Shown piece after piece: positions 28,864 to 38,598 of a stretch of DNA of 64,000 bases. Source of the DNA: Bradyrhizobium sp. GTDB taxonomy: Bacteria; Pseudomonadota; Alphaproteobacteria; Rhizobiales; Xanthobacteraceae. Each line of letters starts with the position of its first letter. Position 1 is the first letter of the stretch. The notes below the pieces were generated by a model that worked only from the letters and a program-made list of their open reading frames with translations, was not told the origin of the DNA and searched no databases. The stretch covers positions 167,122 through 231,121 of the forward strand of contig NZ_JACRMG010000029.1 in assembly GCF_016219575.1 (NCBI RefSeq), read 5' to 3'. Both the position numbers and the translations under genes were made by a program.

Positions 28864-29559
28864 ATGCTGGCGCGCGACTGGTACTATACCGAGCGGCGGC
28901 GTCGCGGCATCGATTCCGCGGTCGCCTCGCTCTATGACCGTCACGACAACAGCGACAGCCGCGCCAACGCCGCGCTGACCATGCTCGGCGTCAGGAAGGG
29001 TTGGCGCGTCGCCGACATCGGCTGCGGCAACGGCGTACTGGCCTGCGAGGCGGCGTCCATGGGTGCCGAGGTCGACGCCATCGACATTTCACCCGCCATG
29101 CTCGCGCTCGCCGATATCCTGGCGCGCGACCGAAAGGTCAAGATCCGCACGCAGTTTGCGGGGCTGCTCAGCTTCGCCTACCAGCCGAATTCATACGACC
29201 TGATCGTCAGCGAATTCGCGCTGCATCATCTGCCGGATTTCTGGAAGGCGGTGGCGTTGTCGCGCATCTTCAATGCGCTGAAGCCCGGTGCGAATTTCTA
29301 TCTGCGCGACATCGTCTTCGTCGGCATGCCCGACGGCGTCGAGCGCGACGTCGAGGGCTGGGCGGATTTCTCCATCAAGAACCACGAATTCGATCGCGAA
29401 AGCGTCATCACCCACATGCGCGACGAATATTCGACTTTCGCCTGGGTGATCGAGAAGATGCTCGCCGATGCCGGTTTCCAGACCGTATCGGTCGACTATC
29501 ACGCGCCCCTTCACGGCACCTACCTCCTGCGAAAACCGAAAGCCGGCGAACAGAGCTGA
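28864..29559 (+). CDS. class I SAM-dependent methyltransferase
   Basis: 231-aa ORF with SAM motif I, VADIGCGNGVLA. Confidence 0.85.
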   Translation: MLARDWYYTERRRRGIDSAVASLYDRHDNSDSRANAALTMLGVRKGWRVADIGCGNGVLACEAASMGAEVDAIDISPAMLALADILARDRKVKIRTQFAGLLSFAYQPNSYDLIVSEFALHHLPDFWKAVALSRIFNALKPGANFYLRDIVFVGMPDGVERDVEGWADFSIKNHEFDRESVITHMRDEYSTFAWVIEKMLADAGFQTVSVDYHAPLHGTYLLRKPKAGEQS

Positions 29560-29596
29560 ACAAGACCAACGCAGCCCCGGATAACAGAACCAACAA

Positions 29597-30502
29597 ATGA
29601 AGCCGGCCGATATCTTAATCGCTGTCCTGGTGGCGGTGATCTGGGGGCTTGCGTTCGTCGCGAGCCGGATCGCGCTCGACGAGTTTTCGCCGGAGCTGAT
29701 GACGGCGCTGCGCTTTGCCGTCGCCGCCATTCCCTGCCTGTTCGTGCGCAGGCCCGAAATATCCTGGCCGCTGCTGATCGCGATCAGCCTGTCGCTGTTC
29801 CTCGGCCAGTTCCTGACTCAGGCCTATGGCATCGCCCACGGCGTGCCGGTCGGGCTGTCCAGCGTGATCGTGCAGAGCCAGGCGCTGTTCACCATCGCCT
29901 TTGCCGCTGCTCTCTTCCGCGAAATGCCGACGCGGATGCAGACCGCCGGCATCGCCATCGCCACGATCGGCCTCTTGATGATCTGCGGCACGGTCGGCTA
30001 CGACTTCAGTGTCGCCGCCTCTGCCGTGCTGATGATCTCGCCGGTCAGCTTTGCGGTCGGCAACCTGTTGCTGCGTCGCGCCCAGCATGTGCGGATGTTC
30101 GATCTCTTCGCCTGGCTGTGCCTTGCCGCCGCCGTGCCCCTGTTCGCGCTGGCGCTGGTAACCAACGGACCGCAGCCGACCTGGCATGCGCTCGGTCACA
30201 TGTCGCCGACAGGCCTTGCCTGCTTGATCTTCCTCGGCGCCGTGTCGACCAGCATCGCCTATTGGCTGTGGGGCCGCCTGTTGCGCGACTATCCGGCAGC
30301 CACGGTCGTGCCGTTTGCGCTGCTGGTTCCGTTCGTCGGTTCGGCGGCTTCCAGCATCGTGTTCGGCGAGACCTTCGGCCCGCTGCGGCTTGCCGGCATG
30401 GTCACTGTGGTCGGCGGCATCGCCGTCATGCTGCTGGCCAGGCGCCCGCAGGCGCTGCCAAAGCAAGACCTGCCAAAGCAAGACCTGCCAAAGCTCGCGT
30501 GA
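29597..30502 (+). CDS. EamA/DMT family transporter
   Basis: 301-aa ORF with about 10 TM helices. The start …VIWGLAFVA is typical of the EamA family. Confidence 0.85.
   Translation: MKPADILIAVLVAVIWGLAFVASRIALDEFSPELMTALRFAVAAIPCLFVRRPEISWPLLIAISLSLFLGQFLTQAYGIAHGVPVGLSSVIVQSQALFTIAFAAALFREMPTRMQTAGIAIATIGLLMICGTVGYDFSVAASAVLMISPVSFAVGNLLLRRAQHVRMFDLFAWLCLAAAVPLFALALVTNGPQPTWHALGHMSPTGLACLIFLGAVSTSIAYWLWGRLLRDYPAATVVPFALLVPFVGSAASSIVFGETFGPLRLAGMVTVVGGIAVMLLARRPQALPKQDLPKQDLPKLA
30455..30494 (+). repeat. 15-nt in-frame tandem repeat (about 2.7 copies of CTGCCAAAGCAAGAC)
   Basis: Read directly from the sequence. It encodes LPKQD-LPKQD-LPK at the C-terminus of the EamA protein. Confidence 0.8.
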
Positions 30503-30509
30503 GGCGCCG

Positions 30510-31112
30510 ATGTCGAACTCGCTCTTTGTCGCCTTCCTGATGTTTGCGCTGGTGATGTTCTTCACCCCGGGGCCGAACAACATCATGCTGCTGTCGTCGG
30601 GCCTCACCTACGGCTTCCGCCGCACCCTTCCGCACATCGCGGGCATCACCGTCGGCTTCGCCTTCATGGTCGCCGCTGTCGGCCTCGGGCTCGGTACCAT
30701 CTTCATCGCCTATCCCGTGCTGCAAACCATGCTGAAATATGCCGGCGCCGCCTACCTGGTCTATCTCGCCTGGCACATCGGCATGGCCGAGCCGGAGGCA
30801 CCCGAGCAGGACAACAGAAGCGGCCCCATGACCTTCTGGGGCGCAGCCATGTTCCAGTGGGTCAACGCCAAGGGCTGGGTGATGGTGATCGGCACCATCA
30901 CCGCCTATGCGGCCATTGCCAGTTTCCCCTGGAACATCCTGATCCAGACCGTGATCAGCCTCGCCATGGGAGCCGTCTCCACCGTGGTCTGGGCCCTGTT
31001 CGGCACGGCGCTGCGGCCGGTGCTGACCTCCCGGACGGCGGTGCGGGCCTTCAACATCGTGATGGCCCTGCTGCTTCTGGCCTCGCTCTACCCGGTCTTC
31101 ATGGACGCATGA
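30510..31112 (+). CDS. LysE/RhtB family amino-acid efflux protein
   Basis: Downstream part of ORF 30315..31112. It contains FTPGPNNIMLLSSG, the family N-terminal motif. Confidence 0.85.
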   Translation: MSNSLFVAFLMFALVMFFTPGPNNIMLLSSGLTYGFRRTLPHIAGITVGFAFMVAAVGLGLGTIFIAYPVLQTMLKYAGAAYLVYLAWHIGMAEPEAPEQDNRSGPMTFWGAAMFQWVNAKGWVMVIGTITAYAAIASFPWNILIQTVISLAMGAVSTVVWALFGTALRPVLTSRTAVRAFNIVMALLLLASLYPVFMDA

Positions 31113-31205
31113 TGCCGCACCGCGCCATGCATAAACGGGTTTCCCATAGCTTCCAAAATGCTCTAGACAACGGCCGGAATTTCGCGGGCGACCCGGCGGT
31201 TTTGA

Positions 31206-32282
<1,077 letters not shown>

Positions 32283-32319
32283 GGCCGACACGAAGTCTTA
32301 AACGTTAGACGGCATATTG

Positions 32320-32358
32320 GGGCGGGATCGTGCAAGCGATCTCGCCCGTTTGTTTCTT
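32320..32358 (+). terminator. rho-independent terminator after ilvC
   Basis: GGGCGGGATCG-tgcaag-CGATCTCGCCC forms an 11-bp stem including one G-U pair, followed by GTTTGTTTCTT. Confidence 0.6.
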
Positions 32359-32605
32359 GAAGTGATTTCTCCGCCACGCCGTTCAGGGCGTCGCGCATCA
32401 GCCGGAACAAAGAACTGAGACTTCATGCACATTCTTGCTGTGAAGCTGTTCGCGTGATTTCTCGAATCCAAATAGCTGAGCGCTTTCCGAGTCGAAGCCC
32501 GATCCCTTCAACTGTATTCTCGTGCGCCGGCGCAGCGCCGAATCTTCATCCGGCGCGTGACCCTTCCCAAGCGTTGAGAGCTAAACCAAATTCTTGCGTG
32601 CCGCC

Positions 32606-33706
32606 TCACGCGGCCGTCGTGCCGGGCTTCTCGATCCGGTTATGCAGCTGCCAGAAGCGCACGGTGCGCTGGGCCGTCTCCGCCGACAGCCGTCCATAGT
32701 CGCGGTGGGCCTGCCAGATCGTCCGGTCGTCGATCTTCGTCACCGCCGGCCGGTGGCGCAGGATGCTCTCGACCACCATCCAGTCGAGGCCGGCGGACTT
32801 GCAGGGGATCAGCAGCAGGTCGGCCCTCGTGCCTTCCATGACCCGCGCCATCAGCGCGGTGGGGACATCGTTGAGTGCGGCAAGTGCAGCGGCGACCTCG
32901 TCGAACTTGCCGCTCCCGACGAACTTGACGATCGCGGCCTCGTCGAGCTCGCCCAGCTCCTTCATCAGCTTGACCAGCTGTTCGGCGACCGAGAAGTCGC
33001 GGGCAGGCTCGGGCTCCTCCTTGGCGATGGTGTCGAGCACCCGGCGGATTTCCTCGGCCACCGACGCAGGCGCAATCGCCATCAGCCGGTCGCGCACGGC
33101 ATCCTTGGCGCGGCGCAGCAGGTCGCGCAGGAATTTGACGGGCAGGTCGACGCGAAGGCCGAGCACCTGGATCAGCTCGTCGTCGCCCTCGGCATGTGCG
33201 ACCATGCCGGAATAGCCGGTTTCCGAGAAGCGGGCGCTGGCATTGTTGGCCAGCCGCCGGATCACCTTGTCCTCGCCGCGGTCGACGATCACGTCGGTCA
33301 CGGCCTCCGGCAGGTTGGCGCGCGCCGAGATTGCCAACAGATGATCCTGGCCCTTGGTGCTGGCGATCCTGACCAGCGCCTCGGTGCCGAGCCGGCTGGA
33401 ATTGGTCAGCACGTCGCCGGCGACCTCGATCTCGTCGTCGAAGGCGAGATGCTGGATCACCTCGAAGGGGGCGTAGTCCACTGGCGCAAGGCGCCTGGCG
33501 AGCTCGGCCCGCGCCCGGGTCTCGACCCGCGCGATCAGGAAGCAGAGCACGTCGTCGAACACCCTGACCTGTTCGTCGTTGAGCCGTTCGCCGTCATGCA
33601 AGAACAGATCGGTCACCCGCCGGAGCGTGGAGATACGTTTGGCCGAGGAACCGCCGGAGACGGCGTCCTCGAGCTCGGAAATGATGGAATGAGCGGGCTG
33701 TTGCAC
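32606..33706 (-). CDS. DUF2336 domain protein
   Basis: 366-aa helical-repeat ORF. …RISTLRRVTDLFL… and repeated DVIVDRGEDKVIRRLANN-type segments recall DUF2336 (from memory). Confidence 0.7.
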   Translation of the reverse strand: MQQPAHSIISELEDAVSGGSSAKRISTLRRVTDLFLHDGERLNDEQVRVFDDVLCFLIARVETRARAELARRLAPVDYAPFEVIQHLAFDDEIEVAGDVLTNSSRLGTEALVRIASTKGQDHLLAISARANLPEAVTDVIVDRGEDKVIRRLANNASARFSETGYSGMVAHAEGDDELIQVLGLRVDLPVKFLRDLLRRAKDAVRDRLMAIAPASVAEEIRRVLDTIAKEEPEPARDFSVAEQLVKLMKELGELDEAAIVKFVGSGKFDEVAAALAALNDVPTALMARVMEGTRADLLLIPCKSAGLDWMVVESILRHRPAVTKIDDRTIWQAHRDYGRLSAETAQRTVRFWQLHNRIEKPGTTAA

Positions 33707-34040
33707 CTGGCAGCCTTTGTTGATCTTGGCCTCTTTGCCCGGACCATCGCAGCGCCAGTCTTACGCGTGCGTTAAGACCGGAACCCCGTGGAATTACATA
33801 AAGAAACGCACGCTTAACGTGCGATTGCGCCACTGCGCGATTCTTTAATCAAAGGAACGAAGCGTTAACCGAACGGCCTGGGCGCCCGCTCGGGAAGCAG
33901 GCCTGCGATCCTGTGCAGCGCGCGGGCGTTCCGGTAGCGCCTGACGAGGGCTGCGCCCCGCGCGTCGCCTTTCAACCGGGTGTCACTTGCGGAAATCCGT
34001 GACGAGGCAAATATGCTATCCGGACAGAGGGGAACAAAGC

Positions 34041-34898
34041 ATGAAATCGGTCGTCGTCACCGGTGCGTCCACCGGCATCGGCTGGGCCAGCGCAAAACTG
34101 CTGCTGGACAGGGGCTTTCACGTGTTCGGCAGCGTCCGCAAGCAGGCCGACGCGGAACGGCTCAAGAGCGAGTTCGGGGCCAATTTCACGCCGCTGATTT
34201 TCGACGTCACCGACGAGCCGGCCGTGCTGGCGGCGGCGCGCCAGGTACGCGAGGCGCTGCACGGCGAGAAGCTCGCCGGCCTCGTCAACAATGCCGGCAT
34301 TGCGGTGACGGGCCCCGTGCTCGGGCTTTCCGTGGACGATTTCCGCCGCCAGATGGACGTCAACGTGATCGGCCCGATCATCGCGACGCAAGCCTTCGCC
34401 CCGCTGCTAGGCGCCGACGCATCGCTGAAGGGCCCGCCGGGGCGGATCGTGATGATCTCTTCGGTCGCCGGCAAGAACGGCAATCCCCTGACCTCGGCCT
34501 ATGTGGCGTCCAAGCACGCCATCGAGGGGTTTTCGGAGAGCCTGCGCCGCGAGATGATGCTGTTCGGCATCGATGTCGTCATCATCGCGCCCGGACCGGT
34601 CAAGACTCCGATCTGGAGCAAGGGGCAGGAGGCCTTTGACATTTCCCGCTACCAGAACTCGCCCTATTTGCCAGCCCTGCAGAAGGTCAGCGCCTTCATG
34701 CAGCATCTCGACGCGATCGCCTTGCCGCCGGAGAAGATTGCGCAACTTGTCCTGGATGCGCTGACCTTGCCGAAGCCGAAGGTGCGCTATCACATCGCGC
34801 CCGACACGATGCGTTACTTGCTGGCGGCCGTGCTGCCCAAGCGCGCCATGGACAGGATCATCGCGAAGCGTATCGGCCTGCTGCCGCCGGAGACGTGA
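34041..34898 (+). CDS. SDR family oxidoreductase
   Basis: Downstream part of ORF 33987..34898. An AGAGGGGA Shine-Dalgarno precedes the start. It contains VVVTGASTGIG, NNAG and YVASKHA motifs. Confidence 0.9.
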   Translation: MKSVVVTGASTGIGWASAKLLLDRGFHVFGSVRKQADAERLKSEFGANFTPLIFDVTDEPAVLAAARQVREALHGEKLAGLVNNAGIAVTGPVLGLSVDDFRRQMDVNVIGPIIATQAFAPLLGADASLKGPPGRIVMISSVAGKNGNPLTSAYVASKHAIEGFSESLRREMMLFGIDVVIIAPGPVKTPIWSKGQEAFDISRYQNSPYLPALQKVSAFMQHLDAIALPPEKIAQLVLDALTLPKPKVRYHIAPDTMRYLLAAVLPKRAMDRIIAKRIGLLPPET

Positions 34899-34987
34899 GC
34901 GCGCAAATCCCAGCATCGGCAAGAGCCGGATTCCTGCTGAAAAATCCAGCGCGAGGCGCTGTGCAACAATGCTCGACTGGAGCGACG

Positions 34988-35230
34988 ATGACGATTGGAA
35001 CGAACAAGACGGAACTGACGCGGCTCGCCAACGAGGCGTTGCGCAGCCAGCCGGGGTGTGGGACGGCGCTCGTCCCCGACCTTCAATTGCTGGCGAATGC
35101 CCGCAGCGGACGCAACTGGGAAATTCCCAACGTCGTCCTCGGTGAAAGCCTCATCAGCGATGTCGACCGTGCGGTGATCACCGTGCACCATCAACTCGGG
35201 CGCAGGTTTCACCTTCTCCTGGACCGGTGA
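34988..35230 (+). CDS. hypothetical small protein (80 aa)
   Basis: Internal ATG of ORF 34895..35230. The third-position GC bias looks coding, but I recognise no family. Confidence 0.4.
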   Translation: MTIGTNKTELTRLANEALRSQPGCGTALVPDLQLLANARSGRNWEIPNVVLGESLISDVDRAVITVHHQLGRRFHLLLDR

Positions 35231-35237
35231 TACCCCG

Positions 35238-35859
35238 CTATCCCGCCCGTGCCGGCCGCGGCGAGGCCTTCGCCGCCATGCTGACCATGCGCAGCACGAA
35301 CACGGCGACCAGCGGAATCAGGAACAGCGCATAGAGCGGCATGTCGGGGATGCGCTTGCCGAAGCTCACCATGAACTGGAACAGCAGGTAATAGCCGCCG
35401 GTGAGGTGCAGCACGCGCCAGGCGCGCACCCAGCGCCTGCGCGGTGCGGTCGAACGAGGTCGCCGTCATCGCGATGATGAAGGCATAGCCGATGCCGCCG
35501 AAGATGTAGGACGCAGCCGAGGTTGCCGCCGCATAGCCCGCGGGGTCCATGATGGCGAAGCTCGCGATGGCCAGCGCGTGCAGGCCGTGCGAGGCGGCGA
35601 AGCTGACGCCGAGATAGCGGCGGTTGCGGCGCTGCCAGCGCGTCCATGCATTCGGCCACAGCCTTGCCAGCGCGGCGGCGGAGAAGGCGAGGCAGAACAG
35701 CAGCAGCGAGGTCCGCGCCGTGAAGCGGATCACCATGCGCACGCCCTCGACCTCGAAGCCGCGCATGCCGGCAATCCAGATACACAGCGCCGTCAGCGTC
35801 AGTGCGAGCACGGCAAACAGCCGCCAGCCTTCGAACCAGTCCTGCCGATATGCCGTCAT
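35238..35859 (-). pseudogene. polytopic membrane protein of unknown family, interrupted by an apparent 1-nt frameshift (ORF pieces 35430..35859 and 35238..35429)
   Basis: A GGGAGGG Shine-Dalgarno precedes the ATG at 35859. The hydrophobic protein reads …IAMTATSFDRTAQALG and then turns into Arg-rich nonsense. The next frame continues as a plausible membrane sequence, RAWRVLHLTGGYYLLFQFMVSF…. The junction is at GGCGCGCACCCAG, 35421-35433. Confidence 0.6.
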
Positions 35860-35875
35860 GATCCACCCTCCCTGA

Positions 35876-35938
35876 ATGTAATCGGTAGTTACATCGGGGT
35901 AGGGCGGAACGGTCAAGCATTGTAATCGATGCTTACAT
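35876..35938. promoter_or_regulatory. two 19-bp palindromic operator candidates in the TetR divergent intergenic region
   Basis: ATGTAATCGGTAGTTACAT (35876-35894) and TTGTAATCGATGCTTACAT (35920-35938). Both have TGTAA-N7-TTACA cores, with centres 44 bp apart. Confidence 0.45.
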
Positions 35939-35948
35939 TCACGAGCCG

Positions 35949-36662
35949 GTGATGCTAGGAAACGCCATGCGACGAGTCCCCAGACCCTCCGGGTCCAAGC
36001 GCGGGCAGGCCAAGCCGCGGGCACCCGGCGCCCGCCGCGCGCCTGCCGGGCGGCCCTACCACCATGGCGACCTGCGCCGGGTGCTGGTGGAGGCGGCGTT
36101 CGAACTGGTCGGCGAGGGCGGGGCCGAGGCCGTCAGCGTGCGCGAGGCGGCCCGGCGCGCGGGGGTCTCGCCGGCGGCGCCGTTCCGCCATTTCGCGAGC
36201 CGCGATGCCCTGCTGGCGGCGGTGGCCGAGGAGGCGCAGCGGCGATTCCGGGCCGAGATCGACAGGGCGCTTGAACAGGCCCCCGCCGGGGATCCGCTGC
36301 AGCAGTTCCGATGCGTTGGGCTCGCCTATCTGCGCTGGGCCATGCGCAACCCGACCCATTTCGAGGTGATTTCCAGCCGCCGTTTGTTCGACCACGACGG
36401 ATCGGCCGCGGTGTCGTCAGACAATGCCGGGGTGATCGGCCTGACCGAGCGGATCCTCCAGGAGGCCCACGCCGGGGGGCAGATCGGGACCTCCGACCTG
36501 AAGCAGGTGCTGATCGCTGGCCGTGCGCTGGTCTATGGCTATGCCCGGATGGCGATCGACGGCCACTTTCCGCGCTGGGGCGTGGCCGACGGGGAGGCTA
36601 CGGCGGAGGCGATCCTCGACCTCTTCATGTCCGGCATCGCGCGGCGTTCCGGCCACAGTTGA
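35949..36662 (+). CDS. TetR/AcrR family transcriptional regulator
   Basis: 237-aa ORF; the start could also be 35952 or 35967. The HTH region is VSVREAARRAGVSPAAPFRHF. Confidence 0.9.
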   Translation: MMLGNAMRRVPRPSGSKRGQAKPRAPGARRAPAGRPYHHGDLRRVLVEAAFELVGEGGAEAVSVREAARRAGVSPAAPFRHFASRDALLAAVAEEAQRRFRAEIDRALEQAPAGDPLQQFRCVGLAYLRWAMRNPTHFEVISSRRLFDHDGSAAVSSDNAGVIGLTERILQEAHAGGQIGTSDLKQVLIAGRALVYGYARMAIDGHFPRWGVADGEATAEAILDLFMSGIARRSGHS

Positions 36663-36831
36663 GCGCGGAAACCTGCCGCGCCGAAGGTCTGACGAGGCAA
36701 TTCATTGCCTGTTCATGACGTTTCAACTACGATTTTGTGACACGCTGTGAAGACCGGCCGCAGGTGTTGCCTCCTGGCCTCCGCCAGCCAAGGCCTTGGC
36801 ATTGCACCGGATCGTATTGCGTCCCCATCCC

Positions 36832-38544
36832 ATGGCGCCCGCGCCGGATTCCGGTCCTTCCGCTACCACCGTCGTTACGCGCGGGATCGCCGCCATTGGT
36901 TTCTGGCGGCTGTTGGCGGTCGCCATGCCGCATCTGGCGGCACTCGGCATCATGCTGCGGACCGAAACCGATTTCGGCTCGCGCACCGCCTTCCTGCTCG
37001 CCTGGGGCATCCTCAATTTCTTCTTCATCGCCTGGCTGCGCCGACCCGCTTTGTCGGGCGCCCTGTCGCTGACGCTGGTCGTGGTGCTGGTGCTGCTGTC
37101 GCGGCTGAAGCACGACATCGTGCAGATGACGGCGAATTTCCTCGACCTGATCCTGATCGACCGCGACACCGCGGCGTTCCTGTTCACGATCTTCCCGAAC
37201 CTGCGCTGGAGCGTGGTACTGGCGGCCGTCGTCATCCTGCCGCTGATGTATGCGCTGTGGTGGCTGGATCCGTTCCGCATCCGCCGCCTGCCGGCCGCGG
37301 CCGGGCTGCTGGCCTGTCTTTCCGCGCTGACGGGCTACGCCGTGATCTGGCCGGACGAAGCCTGGCACGGCTATTACAACGAGGGCTATCTCTCGAAATT
37401 CGCACTGTCCGGCGTGTCGGCCGTTGCCGACTTCTCCAGCCACGGCTTCATGCAATCCGATGCTGCGCTGGCGGAACGGCTGAAGATGCCGCTGGAGGAT
37501 TCCTGCCAGGTCGCCGGCCGCCGCCCCCACATCATCATGATCCATGACGAGTCCAGCTGGGACATCCGTCAGGCCCAGGGCGTCAAGGTGCCCGCCGGCT
37601 ACGGCAGCCACTTCAAGTCCTTCGACGGCAAGGAACGCAAATTCCTGACCGAGAGCAGCGGCGGCGCCAGCTGGCTTGCGGAATACAACGTGCTGGCCGG
37701 GCTGTCCTCGCGCTCGTTCGGCCGCTTCTCCTATTTCGTCACCCGCATCGCCTCCGGCCGCGTCGAGCGCGGCCTGCCGATGGCGCTGCGCCGTTGCGGC
37801 TACAACACCGTGTCGCTCTATCCCGCCTATGGCGCCTTCATGAGCGCGCGCGGCTTCCACACCACGACCGGCATCCAGCACTTCCTCGACGCCCGGGATC
37901 TCGGCGCCAAGGGCATCGAGCCCGACAGTTTCTTCTACGACAAGGCGGTCAGGCTGATCGCCGGGCAGCCGGCCAAGACGCCGCTGTTCACTTACGTCTA
38001 TCTCGCCGCCAATCATTTTCCGTGGGGTACGAAATTTCGCCCGGACCTGCTGCCGTCGTGGCGCGCGCCCGGCAACACGCCCCCGGTCGACGAATATCTG
38101 CGTCGGCAGGCGCTGAGCGCCGAGCAATACAGGAACTTCCTCGCCGAGCTGAAGAAGAAGTTTCCCGACCAGCCGTTCCTGATCGTGCGCTATGGCGATC
38201 ACCAGCCGGAATTCTCGTCGAACCTGCTCGACCCCGGTCTCGATCAGGCCAGCGTCGCCCGCAAGTTCGACGGTTACGACCCCAGATACTTCACGACCTA
38301 CTACGCCATCGACGCCGTGAATTTCCAGCCGGTGAAGAGCCCGGTGGTGATGGACGCGATCGAGGCGCCCTATCTGCCGCTGGTGGTGCAGGAAGCCGCC
38401 GGCATTCCGCTCGATCCCTCCTTCGAGGAACAGAAGAACATCATGCTGCGCTGCAAGGGCCAGTTCTACACTTGCAAGGACGGCGTGGAGGCGCGACGCT
38501 TCAACCGCCTGTTGATCCAGGCGGGTTTTGTGAAGAACCTCTAG
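36832..38544 (+). CDS. membrane-anchored LtaS/sulfatase (alkaline-phosphatase superfamily) protein, paralogue 1
   Basis: ORF 36796..38544. It has about 5 N-terminal TM helices, then PHIIMIHDESSWD, GGASWLAEYNVLAGL and YGDHQP motifs. Confidence 0.8.
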   Translation: MAPAPDSGPSATTVVTRGIAAIGFWRLLAVAMPHLAALGIMLRTETDFGSRTAFLLAWGILNFFFIAWLRRPALSGALSLTLVVVLVLLSRLKHDIVQMTANFLDLILIDRDTAAFLFTIFPNLRWSVVLAAVVILPLMYALWWLDPFRIRRLPAAAGLLACLSALTGYAVIWPDEAWHGYYNEGYLSKFALSGVSAVADFSSHGFMQSDAALAERLKMPLEDSCQVAGRRPHIIMIHDESSWDIRQAQGVKVPAGYGSHFKSFDGKERKFLTESSGGASWLAEYNVLAGLSSRSFGRFSYFVTRIASGRVERGLPMALRRCGYNTVSLYPAYGAFMSARGFHTTTGIQHFLDARDLGAKGIEPDSFFYDKAVRLIAGQPAKTPLFTYVYLAANHFPWGTKFRPDLLPSWRAPGNTPPVDEYLRRQALSAEQYRNFLAELKKKFPDQPFLIVRYGDHQPEFSSNLLDPGLDQASVARKFDGYDPRYFTTYYAIDAVNFQPVKSPVVMDAIEAPYLPLVVQEAAGIPLDPSFEEQKNIMLRCKGQFYTCKDGVEARRFNRLLIQAGFVKNL

Positions 38545-38592
38545 AGCATGATCCCGAAAAGTGGGAACCGGTTTTCGGACAAGGTCATGCTC
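38544..38592. repeat. palindromic intergenic element, family G
   Basis: GAGCATGATCCCGAAAA-gtgggaaccgg-TTTTCGGacaagGTCATGCTC. Translated, it gives the MIPKSGNRFSDKVMLKQ artefact peptide that I recall as widespread in Rhizobiales. Confidence 0.5.
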
Positions 38593-38598
38593 AAACAA

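Noticed and set aside
32360-32480. 40-codon minus-strand mini-ORF (MKSQFFVPADARRPERRGG…) downstream of ilvC
   Set aside because: It overlaps the ilvC terminator, has no Shine-Dalgarno and has a basic low-complexity sequence. It is most likely a chance ORF.
33761-33870. Three GCGTTAA(G/C) motifs and the palindrome CGCACG-CTTAA-CGTGCG upstream of the DUF2336 gene, considered as CtrA (TTAA-N7-TTAA) boxes
   Set aside because: None of the TTAA half-sites has a partner at the required 7-nt spacing. The repetition may be meaningful, but I cannot assign it.
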